Both the position numbers and the translations under genes were made by a program. A model generated the notes under the pieces. The model had not been told where the DNA came from. It did no database searches and saw only the letters and a list, made by a program, of their open reading frames with translations. 64,000 nucleotides of DNA from the NCBI GenBank assembly GCA_019057865.1, contig JAHLWP010000013.1:26181-90180 (forward strand), written 5' to 3'. Of the stretch, positions 21,633 to 31,706 are shown piece by piece (within the stretch, counting starts at the first letter, position 1; every line of letters starts with the position of its first letter). This DNA is from Promethearchaeota archaeon. Its GTDB lineage: Archaea > Asgardarchaeota > Lokiarchaeia > Sigyniarchaeales > SOKP01.

Positions 21633-24600
21633 ATGCAAAATCCTGAAAATTTAGCTCAAGAAGCCTTAAATTTGTTAGAATTAGCTCAAAAACTTGAAGA
21701 GGAAAGGAATGTAGAGAAAGCGATTGTAAATTACGAAAGAGCAGGAGAACTTCTTAAGCAAAGTGGATATTTAACTCACAGAATTCAAGATATTTATGAT
21801 AGAATTCAAGAATTAAATAAGTATCTCAAACAAGACAAATTATATCAATATACTCAAACACAAACTCAAATTGAGCAATTACAAGACCAAGCATTTGCGT
21901 TATTAGATGGTGCAAAAAAATTAGAATCTGATGGTTTTTTTGAAGATGCTATCAAACAATATAGTTCAGCTATAGCCCTCCTGACTCAAGCAGGTTGGTC
22001 TAATACTCAATTAAACAATTTAAATACAAAGATTAAGATTATCTCTGATAATATAGAGCAGGAGAAAAAGATACTTCGGCAAAAAGAATTAGATCCTTCT
22101 CAACAATATATTCGAGAAAAAACAGAAGAGCAACCTCAAATTGTCAGTATGTTTGGAGAAAAAGCAACTCCTGAAAAAATAGAAAGAATAGAAACTTATA
22201 AAGCAATGAAAAAACGAGAGGAAGAAATACAAAATGAAGCATTTGCACTTATTGATAAAGGAAAATTATATGAACAAAAGAAAAAATTCGATAATGCAAT
22301 ACTGAATTATGAAAGGGCTGTCGAATTATTAAACTCTATTGGTTGGACTGAACAAACGCGTAATATTCAAATAATAATTGAAAAGCTTAAAATGGATCGT
22401 AAAAACTTTCAGAAATTTCAAGCTCAACAAGCACAAGATTCCGAAGCAATAAAGAGTAAAGCTGAGTTAAAACAACCTAGTATAACTTCAGAAGCAGAAT
22501 TAAAAAAGCAAAAATTAACTGTATTTGAAGAGAAAAAGAAACAAGAAGAGGAAATTCAGACAAAGGCGTTTAATCTAATAGATATTGGAAAAATGTTCGA
22601 AAGGGATAATAATTACGATAAAGCAAACCAAATGTTTAATCAAGCAATTGAAATGCTTAAATCAATAGAATGGGATGCTTATATTCAACCTATTATTAAT
22701 TTAATAAATGATGTCAAAGAAAAACAGAAAAGAGAACAAAAATCGGACCAATTAAAGGAAATAAGACAAGGTCAACTAATGAAACTTCAAGAATCGATAT
22801 CTTTAAAACAACAAGAACAATTATTGCAATCTACTCAAGATTTAGAGCTTAGGAGAAAAGAACTTGAACAAAAGCGAAAAGAAAAAGAAAAGAAAGAAAA
22901 TGAGTTTTTTACAATATTAGAGAGAGCAGATAAAATATTACAAGAAGAAAAAGATTTTGATAAAGCAATAAATGAATATCAAAATGCATTAGAAAAGCTT
23001 AAAGAGTTAGGGGCAGGATGGGAACATTATATTAGCACACTAAAGACTACTATAACAAATGTTCGTAAGATTAAGCAATCTCAGCTCAAAAAGCAACAAG
23101 AAGAGCAAAGAGGAATCAAAGAAAGAAAAGAACAAGAATTAGAATTTCAGAGAAAAATTTCTGAACAGATAGATAAAGAACGAGCAAGGTTAAAGCAAAA
23201 AGAAATTGAATTAAAAGAAAGAGATGCCGAAATAAAATATAGAGAACAACGCAAAAGTGTTGCTTTTAATTATATGGATGATGCTCATGATTACATTACA
23301 CGAGGAGATTTTGAAAACGCTATTAATGCTTATCAAAATGCGGGAAAAATTTTTGCTGAAATTCAATGGACTGATGAGATACCATTAATTGAAAAATCTA
23401 TTAATGAAATAGAACAATTAAGAAGGAAACAACTTGATTTAAAACAGAAAAAGTTCCAAAAAGCAATAGAGAGACATAAAAAAGAAGAAGAATTTCAAAG
23501 ACAAATTGCCAAACAATTACAAGTAGAACGTGAAAAATTAAGAAAAAAAGAGATCGTTTTTAGAAAACATGAGGAAGAATTAAAAGAGCAAGAAGATAAA
23601 AGAAAAGCCGGTTTTGTTCTTCTAGAAGAGGCGCAAGACCATGTAAAACAAGGAGATTTTGATAAGGCAATCGAAATACTTCAGTATGCTATGAATTTTT
23701 TCGCAGATGCTCAATGGCACAATGAGATACGTTTGATTCAGAATTCTATTATTGAGATTGAAAATAGAAAACGTGAAGCTGAGATAAAAAAACAAATAGA
23801 ATTACAAACTACTCTTGAGAAAGAAAAACAAGAAAAGGAGTTTCAAGAAAAAATTACTAAAATGATGAAAACTCAACGTGACAAATTAAAACAAAGAGAG
23901 ATAATTTTAAGAGAAAAAGAAGAAGAACTTGCTCATCGCGAGAAAAAAAAAGAAGAGGCTTTCTATTTATTAGATAAGGCCCAAAATCTTGTTCTTCAAG
24001 GTAAGTTAGAGTATGCAATTGAGATTTATTATGATGTCGCTAATATTTTTGCAGAAATTCAATGGATTGATGAAATTCCAATAATCCAAAAAACAATTCA
24101 AAATATTAAAAATAAAATTAGGGAAAATGAGATTTTAAAACAAAAAGAAATTCAGAAGTCAATTGAAAAAGAAATGGTAAATAGAGCATTTGTAGAGAAA
24201 ATTAAAAAACAGAGAGAAAGAGAATTAGCAAAAGAGATGGAAAAAGCAGAGATTATCGAACAACAAAAAGAAATTTCAACAAAAAATTTATCTAAACAAC
24301 AAAGTGCCTTTAAATTAATTGGTAACGCAGATATATTGCTTCAAGAAGAAAATTTCAGTAAGGCTACAGAAAATTATAGGAAAGCAATAGGAATCTTAAC
24401 AGAAATAGGGTGGACCCATGGATATTTGAAACTGTTACAAGAGACCACTCAGGCTATAAATGAAAGAAAACGAGAAAGGGAAAGAGAAAAGCAATTAGAA
24501 CAAGAATTATTAATTAAGAAGCAAAAAGAAGAAGAAGAATTCCAATCAAAAATCTCAACCTCTATTCAGAAAGAAAAAGAGAGGATCAAGAAAAAAGAAT

Positions 24601-27600
24601 TTAAAATTCAAAGGAGAGAAGAATTAATAGATAAAATAGAAAGTCGTAAAGAAGAAGCATTTAAATTAATGGATGATGCCGAGAATTTGTTAAATCAAAA
24701 CCAATATTTACAATCCATTGAAAAATACCGTCAAGCCGAATTAATTCTAAATGAAGTCGGCTTTTCAACAAGGGTTATCAGAGAAATGATTCAAAAGATT
24801 CAACAAAAGAATAGAGAAGATGATCTTTCTAAACAAAAGGAATTTGAAACAAGAATTAGAAAGCAACAAGAAGATCTCATATTTCAACGAGAAATTTCAG
24901 AAAATTTAAAAATTGAAGAGGAAAAAATGAAAGCTAAGCAAAAATGGTTGAAAGAACAAGAAGATTTTAAGTTATTAGCTGAAAAAAGAAAGAAAGATGC
25001 ATTTGATTTATTAGAGAAAGCACAAAACTACATTCAAGAAGGAGAATTTGACAAAGCAATTGAATTATACCATGAAGCGGTAAAAATATTTACCGAAATA
25101 AAGTGGGATGAGGAAGTTAGCTTGATCCAAAATTCGATTTTTGAGATTGAAACTAAAAAACGTGAATTAGAATTAGAGAAACAAAGGGAATTACAGAAAA
25201 CACTTGAGCGAGAAAAACAAGATAAAGATTTTCAAGATCAAATTTCTACGATGATGAAAGCTCAATGTGATAAATTAAAACAAAAAGAAATTGCATTTAG
25301 AGAAAGAGAACAAGAATTAACCCATCGCGAAGAGAGAAAAGAAGAAGCATTTAATTTGTTGGATAAAGCTCATGAGCAACTGTCTCAAGGTAACTTAGAT
25401 GATACTATTGAACTGTATCATAGGATGGCAAATATTTTTGCTCAAATACAATGGAATGAAGAAATCCCGATAATTCAAAGAGCTATACAAGATATTGAAA
25501 ATAAAAGGAAGGAAAAGGAATTAATAAGACAAAAAACCTTCCAAATGGAAATTGAAAAAGAGAAAGCAGATTATGCTTTTATAGAGAAAATTAAACGTCG
25601 TAGAGAATCTGAAAGAGTTAAAGCATTAGAACAACAAGAATTCTTAGAAACACAAAGAATTATATCCGCACATAATTTATCTAAGCAAGAAAATGCTTTT
25701 AATTTAATTGAGGAAGGAGATCTATTACTCACCCATAAACAATTTAGTAATGCTATAGAAAATTATCAAAAAGCAATAGAAATTTTAAGGGAAATTGGAT
25801 GGACTAGTGAATATCTAAAGGTGTTACAAGAAACAATTCAAACAGTAAAATATCGACAATTAGAAAAAGAAAAAGAAAAACAATTAGAACAGCAAATGGT
25901 CATCAAGCGACAAAAAGAAGAAGAACAATTCCAAATAAAAATAGCTGAATATTTACAAAAAGAAAAAGAAAGGATTCAAGAAAAAAAAATCGAAATTCAA
26001 AAATTAGAAGATTTAAAACTCTACATGGAAAATCGTAAGAAAGAAGCTTTTAAAATAATGGATTTAGGAGAAAACTTATTAAATCAAGGCAATTATGAAC
26101 AATCTATTGAAAATTATCGTCAGGCTGAATTAATTTTAAATGAAATTAGATTTCCAACAGCAGCAGTTAAAGAAATGATTCATAAAATCCAGGATAAAAT
26201 TAAAGAAGAAAATTTAAGGAAACAAAAAATATTTGAAAACCAAATTAAAAAAGAGAGAGAAGAATTTTTATTCCTACAAGATATTAATGAACGGTCAAAA
26301 ATTAGAGATAAGATTAGGAAAACAAAAGAACAGCAGCTTGTGAAGCAGAGAGAATTATATGCTTATATGGAAAAGAGAAAAGAGGATGCATTCAATCTTT
26401 TAGAAGAAGCAGAGATTTTTATGAAAAATGGGCAGTATGATAAAGCCCTTGAATATTACCGTAATGCTGAAATAATTTTGAACGAAATTCAATTCCCAAC
26501 TGAATCTATAAGAGAGATGATTCATAAAGTTCAAGAGAAGAAAAAAGAGCATCAACTAGAAAAGCAGAATGAATTAGAGCTGGCAATTCAAAAAGAAAGA
26601 GAAGAACGAGAATTCCAAAGTAAAATTGCTGAAAGTATCAATAGTGAGAGAGATCGTTTGAAATCAAAACAAATTCAAATATTAGAAATCGAAGAAAGGA
26701 AAAGAATCTTAGAAAAAAGAAAACAAGAAGCATTTAAGATTTTAGATGAAGCTGAAAATGCTTCAAAAAGATTAGATTATAATGGTGCATTAGAAAGTTA
26801 TAGAAAGGCTGGTTTATTATTAAATCAATTACAATTTCCAACCGAATCTATTGAAAATACGATATCTAAGATTGCAGAACTTAAAAAACAAAAAGAACAG
26901 ACAGAAGTATTAAAATATCAAAGGGACTTAGAACGATTAGAAGAAGAAAGACAATTACAAGCAATTATTGAAGAAAGACAAAGACAAGAAAGAGAAAAGA
27001 AAATAGCTCATCAATTAGCACTTCAAGAAAGGGAGAGAGTTATTCAGGAACAAATGAACCAAAGAGAAGCTGCTTATTCACTTTTAGAAAAAGCTCAAAG
27101 TCACCTTAAAGGACATACTCCTGATTATGATTCCGCAATAGCATTATATACTCAAGCAAGAGACTTTTTAGCTGAAAATATCGGTTGGCAACCTGAAATC
27201 ACCCATTTGAATGATTTAATTAACGATTTACAACTAGAGAAAGCAAATTTCATTGAAAGGAAAAGAATAGAAGAACAGGCTAGATTACAAAGACAAAATG
27301 AATATATATTATTTCAAGAGGAAGTAAGAAGGAGACGCATAGAACAAGAAAAATTAAAACAAGAACAACTAAGGCAGTATAGAGTGTTATATTTAAAAAG
27401 AGAACAAGCAGATAGACTAAGAGATGAAGGCTTAAATCTAATTGATGAAGGAAAGAAATGGGCCGCATATCATGATTTTGAACAATCCTATGAGAATTTT
27501 AACTTGGCTATTGAAAAGTTCAAAGAAATTGGTTGGGATGAGGAAGTAAAATATATTCAAAATGAAATAAAAAACATAAAGATATTAGAAGACCGAGTAA

Positions 27601-27998
27601 AGAAGGAAGAATTGAGGATTCAATCTATCTATGAACAATTAGAAAAACAAAAATCTTTAGAAGAGTATCAGAGAAATCAAAAAGAGTCTGAGTTGCAGCA
27701 AACTATAGCAGAAGTTGGAGATTTAGCTGGTGATATAATTACTTTAATTGAAGATCGAAGAAAAAAACAAAGAACTGAGGCAGAACAACAAAAAATTCAA
27801 ATCAAGAAAGAAGCACAAGAATTTAGCAAAAAAATGGGAGGGTTAATTAGATTAAAAGAAGATCTTATTGCAGAATTGGCAAGAAGAGAAGATGAAAAGA
27901 GAAAGAAAGTAGAAGAACTAAAAAGCGTTAAAGAAAGAGAAAAAATTGATGATATAAAAAAGATGCTTAAAGAAGTTGCTAAAAAAAAGAAAAAATAA
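21633..27998 (+). CDS. Giant repeat protein: 18 MIT/TPR-like helical units joined by E/K/R/Q-rich helices
   Basis: Recurring 'AF.L.D.A...G.FDKAIE.Y..A..I..EI.W' roughly every 116 aa. Confidence 0.85.
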   Translation: MQNPENLAQEALNLLELAQKLEEERNVEKAIVNYERAGELLKQSGYLTHRIQDIYDRIQELNKYLKQDKLYQYTQTQTQIEQLQDQAFALLDGAKKLESDGFFEDAIKQYSSAIALLTQAGWSNTQLNNLNTKIKIISDNIEQEKKILRQKELDPSQQYIREKTEEQPQIVSMFGEKATPEKIERIETYKAMKKREEEIQNEAFALIDKGKLYEQKKKFDNAILNYERAVELLNSIGWTEQTRNIQIIIEKLKMDRKNFQKFQAQQAQDSEAIKSKAELKQPSITSEAELKKQKLTVFEEKKKQEEEIQTKAFNLIDIGKMFERDNNYDKANQMFNQAIEMLKSIEWDAYIQPIINLINDVKEKQKREQKSDQLKEIRQGQLMKLQESISLKQQEQLLQSTQDLELRRKELEQKRKEKEKKENEFFTILERADKILQEEKDFDKAINEYQNALEKLKELGAGWEHYISTLKTTITNVRKIKQSQLKKQQEEQRGIKERKEQELEFQRKISEQIDKERARLKQKEIELKERDAEIKYREQRKSVAFNYMDDAHDYITRGDFENAINAYQNAGKIFAEIQWTDEIPLIEKSINEIEQLRRKQLDLKQKKFQKAIERHKKEEEFQRQIAKQLQVEREKLRKKEIVFRKHEEELKEQEDKRKAGFVLLEEAQDHVKQGDFDKAIEILQYAMNFFADAQWHNEIRLIQNSIIEIENRKREAEIKKQIELQTTLEKEKQEKEFQEKITKMMKTQRDKLKQREIILREKEEELAHREKKKEEAFYLLDKAQNLVLQGKLEYAIEIYYDVANIFAEIQWIDEIPIIQKTIQNIKNKIRENEILKQKEIQKSIEKEMVNRAFVEKIKKQRERELAKEMEKAEIIEQQKEISTKNLSKQQSAFKLIGNADILLQEENFSKATENYRKAIGILTEIGWTHGYLKLLQETTQAINERKREREREKQLEQELLIKKQKEEEEFQSKISTSIQKEKERIKKKEFKIQRREELIDKIESRKEEAFKLMDDAENLLNQNQYLQSIEKYRQAELILNEVGFSTRVIREMIQKIQQKNREDDLSKQKEFETRIRKQQEDLIFQREISENLKIEEEKMKAKQKWLKEQEDFKLLAEKRKKDAFDLLEKAQNYIQEGEFDKAIELYHEAVKIFTEIKWDEEVSLIQNSIFEIETKKRELELEKQRELQKTLEREKQDKDFQDQISTMMKAQCDKLKQKEIAFREREQELTHREERKEEAFNLLDKAHEQLSQGNLDDTIELYHRMANIFAQIQWNEEIPIIQRAIQDIENKRKEKELIRQKTFQMEIEKEKADYAFIEKIKRRRESERVKALEQQEFLETQRIISAHNLSKQENAFNLIEEGDLLLTHKQFSNAIENYQKAIEILREIGWTSEYLKVLQETIQTVKYRQLEKEKEKQLEQQMVIKRQKEEEQFQIKIAEYLQKEKERIQEKKIEIQKLEDLKLYMENRKKEAFKIMDLGENLLNQGNYEQSIENYRQAELILNEIRFPTAAVKEMIHKIQDKIKEENLRKQKIFENQIKKEREEFLFLQDINERSKIRDKIRKTKEQQLVKQRELYAYMEKRKEDAFNLLEEAEIFMKNGQYDKALEYYRNAEIILNEIQFPTESIREMIHKVQEKKKEHQLEKQNELELAIQKEREEREFQSKIAESINSERDRLKSKQIQILEIEERKRILEKRKQEAFKILDEAENASKRLDYNGALESYRKAGLLLNQLQFPTESIENTISKIAELKKQKEQTEVLKYQRDLERLEEERQLQAIIEERQRQEREKKIAHQLALQERERVIQEQMNQREAAYSLLEKAQSHLKGHTPDYDSAIALYTQARDFLAENIGWQPEITHLNDLINDLQLEKANFIERKRIEEQARLQRQNEYILFQEEVRRRRIEQEKLKQEQLRQYRVLYLKREQADRLRDEGLNLIDEGKKWAAYHDFEQSYENFNLAIEKFKEIGWDEEVKYIQNEIKNIKILEDRVKKEELRIQSIYEQLEKQKSLEEYQRNQKESELQQTIAEVGDLAGDIITLIEDRRKKQRTEAEQQKIQIKKEAQEFSKKMGGLIRLKEDLIAELARREDEKRKKVEELKSVKEREKIDDIKKMLKEVAKKKKK

Positions 27999-28095
27999 AA
28001 TAAAATTTTATTAGAGATTCTAATTTCTTTTAAAAATAATTACTAATTTTATTTACATAATTATAGTATTTTAATCATAAACTCTTAATTTAAAG

Positions 28096-29682
28096 ATGAC
28101 AGAACGAGAAAGTGAGGACTTTTTTAAATCTCGTATGTTTGCGAGACAACAATTAATAGATGGTTGGTCTCAAGACATATTAGATGATGGTTGTATCCTA
28201 ATTATTGGAGTAGGGGCTTTAGGCTGTGAAATTGCTAAAGATTTCGCTCTGATGGGCATTGGCAAACTGATTCTTGTGGATTTAGATACTATTGAAACAT
28301 CGAATTTATCACGTCAAATGTTATTTAAACCGGGAGATGAAGGACGACCGAAAGCCGAAGTTGCGGCGGAGAGATTGAAAGAAATAAATCCATACTTGAA
28401 AGTTGACTATTATTTTGAAAAGCTCCAAAAATTACCTATGTCTGTATATGAAGAGGCAGATGTAGTTATCGCTGCTTTAGATAACTTTAATGCACGACTA
28501 GATTTGAATAAAATTTGCTTGAGATTGAAAAAACCAATGGTTGAGGGAGGGACTGTAGGTTTCGAAGGTCACGTTCAGATTGTGATTCCTGAAGGATCTG
28601 GTTTACAATACAAAGATAGAGAGACTGAAATTGATAATCTAGTAGAATCTAAGTTATGGGAGATCAGTGAAACTGAATTACCTGAATATTTTGCGGCAAT
28701 GAAAAGAATAGAAGAATTAGAAGATCGAATCGAGCGAATAAAAAAAGAGATAATTGAACCTGTTAAAAAAAAAGTTAGAAAAGAAATTGAAAATGTTTTT
28801 GAAAAAGGCCATGCTCCCGGATTGTTAAATGTCACACCTTGTTATAGATGCCTAGTTCCAATTCCTCCTGCTGATGATAAATTAGTTGCTGCTTGTACCT
28901 TAAAAGGGTTACCACGGAATAGGAATCATTGCGTTATTAAAGCAGAAGTAGAATTTGAAAAAAAGTTTGGTCATAAACCTGATCTTAATTTAAACGATGA
29001 AGTTATTAAATTGAAAGAATTAGCCGAAGAGGAACTGTACAAATTAAGGGAAAGAGTCTTTGACGAAAATGTACCTCCAGAAAAAAGAAAGCTTTTATCC
29101 GAAGAAGAAATAGAAGAATGGAAGAAAAATATAAAAGAAACGTTCGGACCAGATTATAAATTTGAAGAAATGGAAAATATTTTGGGTAATAAAATAGCTG
29201 CCATACAATCAGTTAGCTCAATTATCTCTAGTATACAATCTCAAGAGGCTTTAAAGCTTTTATTTAGAATTAACGGAAGAAACATCGGTCCTCCGATGGA
29301 TCCTCCATATGTAAACTATAATGGTATTTATGGTCAATTTGACCATTTAAATATTATGAAACGAGAAGATTGCCTAGCTTGCGGAAAAATTGAAGGTGAA
29401 GAGAACGTACAAATTGTAGTTCCTTTTGATGCTGACGTTGGTTATGTTTTTAAAGCTATGGAGATAACGGGATATAAATTAGATCCAGAATTATGGATGA
29501 TCACCAACCCAATGACAAAAGAAATATATTGGAATCCTTATATACCTTCAATGAAGGATCCTAATGTCAAATTGACTACTTTAAAAATAAAAAGCAATGA
29601 AATTGTGACTTTAAGCCCTTTAGGCAAAGCTTTAGTAGAATCAGAAATAAAAAAATATAATGTCGTAATTACATATATGTAA
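28096..29682 (+). CDS. Ubiquitin-activating E1-like enzyme (ThiF family, UBA3/UBA2-like)
   Basis: GVGALGCE, DLDTIETSNLSRQ, ALDNFNAR, PCYRC, catalytic-type CTLKGLPR..HC, CLAC. Confidence 0.9.
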   Translation: MTERESEDFFKSRMFARQQLIDGWSQDILDDGCILIIGVGALGCEIAKDFALMGIGKLILVDLDTIETSNLSRQMLFKPGDEGRPKAEVAAERLKEINPYLKVDYYFEKLQKLPMSVYEEADVVIAALDNFNARLDLNKICLRLKKPMVEGGTVGFEGHVQIVIPEGSGLQYKDRETEIDNLVESKLWEISETELPEYFAAMKRIEELEDRIERIKKEIIEPVKKKVRKEIENVFEKGHAPGLLNVTPCYRCLVPIPPADDKLVAACTLKGLPRNRNHCVIKAEVEFEKKFGHKPDLNLNDEVIKLKELAEEELYKLRERVFDENVPPEKRKLLSEEEIEEWKKNIKETFGPDYKFEEMENILGNKIAAIQSVSSIISSIQSQEALKLLFRINGRNIGPPMDPPYVNYNGIYGQFDHLNIMKREDCLACGKIEGEENVQIVVPFDADVGYVFKAMEITGYKLDPELWMITNPMTKEIYWNPYIPSMKDPNVKLTTLKIKSNEIVTLSPLGKALVESEIKKYNVVITYM

Positions 29683-29686
29683 ATCT

Positions 29687-30316
29687 TTAAATATTTCGGT
29701 TTTTCTTATAAATTTTTACAAGATTTATTAGATCATCGATGAAAAAGGTATCTATTCCTGCTCTTTCACCAGTTTGAATATCGTTCTGTAAATCTCCAAA
29801 AAATATTATTTCTTCTTTCTTAATCTTGTAGTGATCTTGAATTTTAAAAAGACCCTCGGGATTTGGTTTCCATTTTCTTACATCCTCTCTTCCAATGATA
29901 TAATCTATTTGTTCCATTAAGCTCACTAATTTTAAAGATTCTAAAATTGTAGTTCTTGTATTAAGAGACAGGATTGCTAATTTTGTTCCCTTTTCTACAC
30001 CAAATTTTTCTTTATTCTTAATAAAGAAAAGAGTTTCTTCAATTGGTTGGGTCTCTTTAATGTTTTCAAGTTCATAACGTTTGATAATATTGAAAAACTT
30101 TTTCAGATTCATTTCATCTTTCTTATCAACTATATCATTAAGGTAAGCAGAAATTCTATTAAATTCACCTCTTTCTCCATAAATCTCCACATAATTTTCT
30201 TCTATCATATTTTTCAATGAATTCCAATCTGCTGATAATCTTACAATTGTTCCATCCAAATCGAATATGATAACCTTTTTTCCTTTAAATGTGAATTTTT
30301 TCATGTTGTTATACAT
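29687..30316 (-). CDS. HAD-family phosphatase
   Basis: FDLDGT, KPNPEG, GDLQNDI. Confidence 0.88.
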   Translation of the reverse strand: MYNNMKKFTFKGKKVIIFDLDGTIVRLSADWNSLKNMIEENYVEIYGERGEFNRISAYLNDIVDKKDEMNLKKFFNIIKRYELENIKETQPIEETLFFIKNKEKFGVEKGTKLAILSLNTRTTILESLKLVSLMEQIDYIIGREDVRKWKPNPEGLFKIQDHYKIKKEEIIFFGDLQNDIQTGERAGIDTFFIDDLINLVKIYKKNRNI

Positions 30317-30488
30317 TATGATAATTCAATAAAACTAGTAAGAAAATAAATTTATTAGAAAAATTAAGTTTTTGGGAAATTATTTGGAATTAACTTAACT
30401 TTCTATTAAGTAAATATTAACACAGAAAATATAGAAAGCTTTAATTCTTCTTTATTAATAAAAATTTAAGAAAAAAAGAGTGGATGCT

Positions 30489-30533
30489 TTAATCCATAGC
30501 ATATTTTTTTTTTCCAAGCTAAAGCTTTTTTAC
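30489..30533 (-). pseudogene. Relic 3' end of a second E2 gene
   Basis: Reads KKALAW-(A10)-YAMD*, matching the adjacent E2 end AKAAAWTKTYAMD*. Confidence 0.65.
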
Positions 30534-30574
30534 TTAAAAAATAAGAATATTGGATAAAAAATAATTAATTTCCT

Positions 30575-31084
30575 TTAATCCATAGCGTATGTCTTAGTCC
30601 ATGCGGCTGCTTTAGCCCCAAACTTTTTCTGAGCACGAAAATATTGCTCGCCTGCTTCATGATTTAATGGATCACCCGGATTAAAGAAGGGAGGTTCAAC
30701 ATGCATCATACCCTTAAGGGCTTCGATAATATTTGTTAAAGTTTTACTTGGTGTCCACCCACTTGCCCCAGTCGAAGCATCCACTTTACCTACAAGATCT
30801 GGATTAATTAAGTCAAGGCATATATTTAATTTCCCTGGAGGAATAGAACTATCTATATTAGGATGCCACATGAGTGTCACAGCGTAAGCATAAGGGGGTT
30901 GGAACGGGTAATTTTCAGGGAATTTTATTTCAAAAACAAATTTTCCATCAGCGTAAGGAGTTCCTTTTTTACCAATAATAGTTAACCGTAAATGGTCAAT
31001 TGAGCGCCCCCAAGGTTCTAAAATAATGGAAGGTTCGTTCTTATAAGCTTCAATTGCTTCAGTATAGTCAGTTTCTTCTCTGAT
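30575..31084 (-). CDS. Ubiquitin-conjugating enzyme E2 (169 aa, inferred ATC start)
   Basis: GTPYADGKF.FEIKFPENYPFQPP, WHPNI, ICLDLI, WTPS. Frame extends past the track start (30880) to ATC 31084, 6 nt after AGGTGA. Confidence 0.9.
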   Translation of the reverse strand: MREETDYTEAIEAYKNEPSIILEPWGRSIDHLRLTIIGKKGTPYADGKFVFEIKFPENYPFQPPYAYAVTLMWHPNIDSSIPPGKLNICLDLINPDLVGKVDASTGASGWTPSKTLTNIIEALKGMMHVEPPFFNPGDPLNHEAGEQYFRAQKKFGAKAAAWTKTYAMD

Positions 31085-31418
31085 TACTCATCACCTATCT
31101 CTAAAAATTACAATTAAATTTTATTGTTAAATGTAAAGAATTAATAATTCTATATTAGTTTGATTTTATTTATTTATTTATTTATAGATTAATTTATTAA
31201 AAAGCTTTTAAAAAACAAAAATTTGATGTTTTCTATATTATCATTTTCTTTATGCAATATTTAAGCAGAATTAAAATAATTGATATAAAACTAATAGACT
31301 GCATTTTATAATTTTAAACAAAACTCTAAAAGAAGTATTTTACTTTAAGATTCTATAATTTCGTGTAAAAATCGAAAAAAATATATTAATTAAATTATTA
31401 TTAATTTTAAAAAGCAAA

Positions 31419-31567
31419 CCCCTCTTAACTCAGACTGGTAGTACACTTATAAAAGTGCGCTAAAAGTGCTCGGCTGTAGATAATACCGCGTACTAAAGCT
31501 AATTGCTAATGAAGATACGTCAGCCGAAACCGAGCGGTCGCCGGATCGAGGCCGGCAGAGGGGACCA
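31419..31567 (+). tRNA. tRNA-Tyr(GTA) with two introns (D-arm 31442-31464; anticodon loop 31480-31528), CCA encoded
   Basis: Acceptor CCCCTCT/AGAGGGG (C1-G72, A73), D-stem ACTC/GAGT after splicing, anticodon stem CTCGG/CCGAG, GTA at 31476-31478, T-stem GCCGG/CCGGC. Confidence 0.92.
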
Positions 31568-31706
31568 TATCCTTTTATTTTTTAATTATCTAAAATTATC
31601 TTTATTATCTATTTCTCAAAATTAAGAAACTCCTCCTTTTTAAATTTAATTTTTAAGTATTTTTTTATAATAGCATCCAAATTATTATTTTATATTAATA
31701 GTTAAT

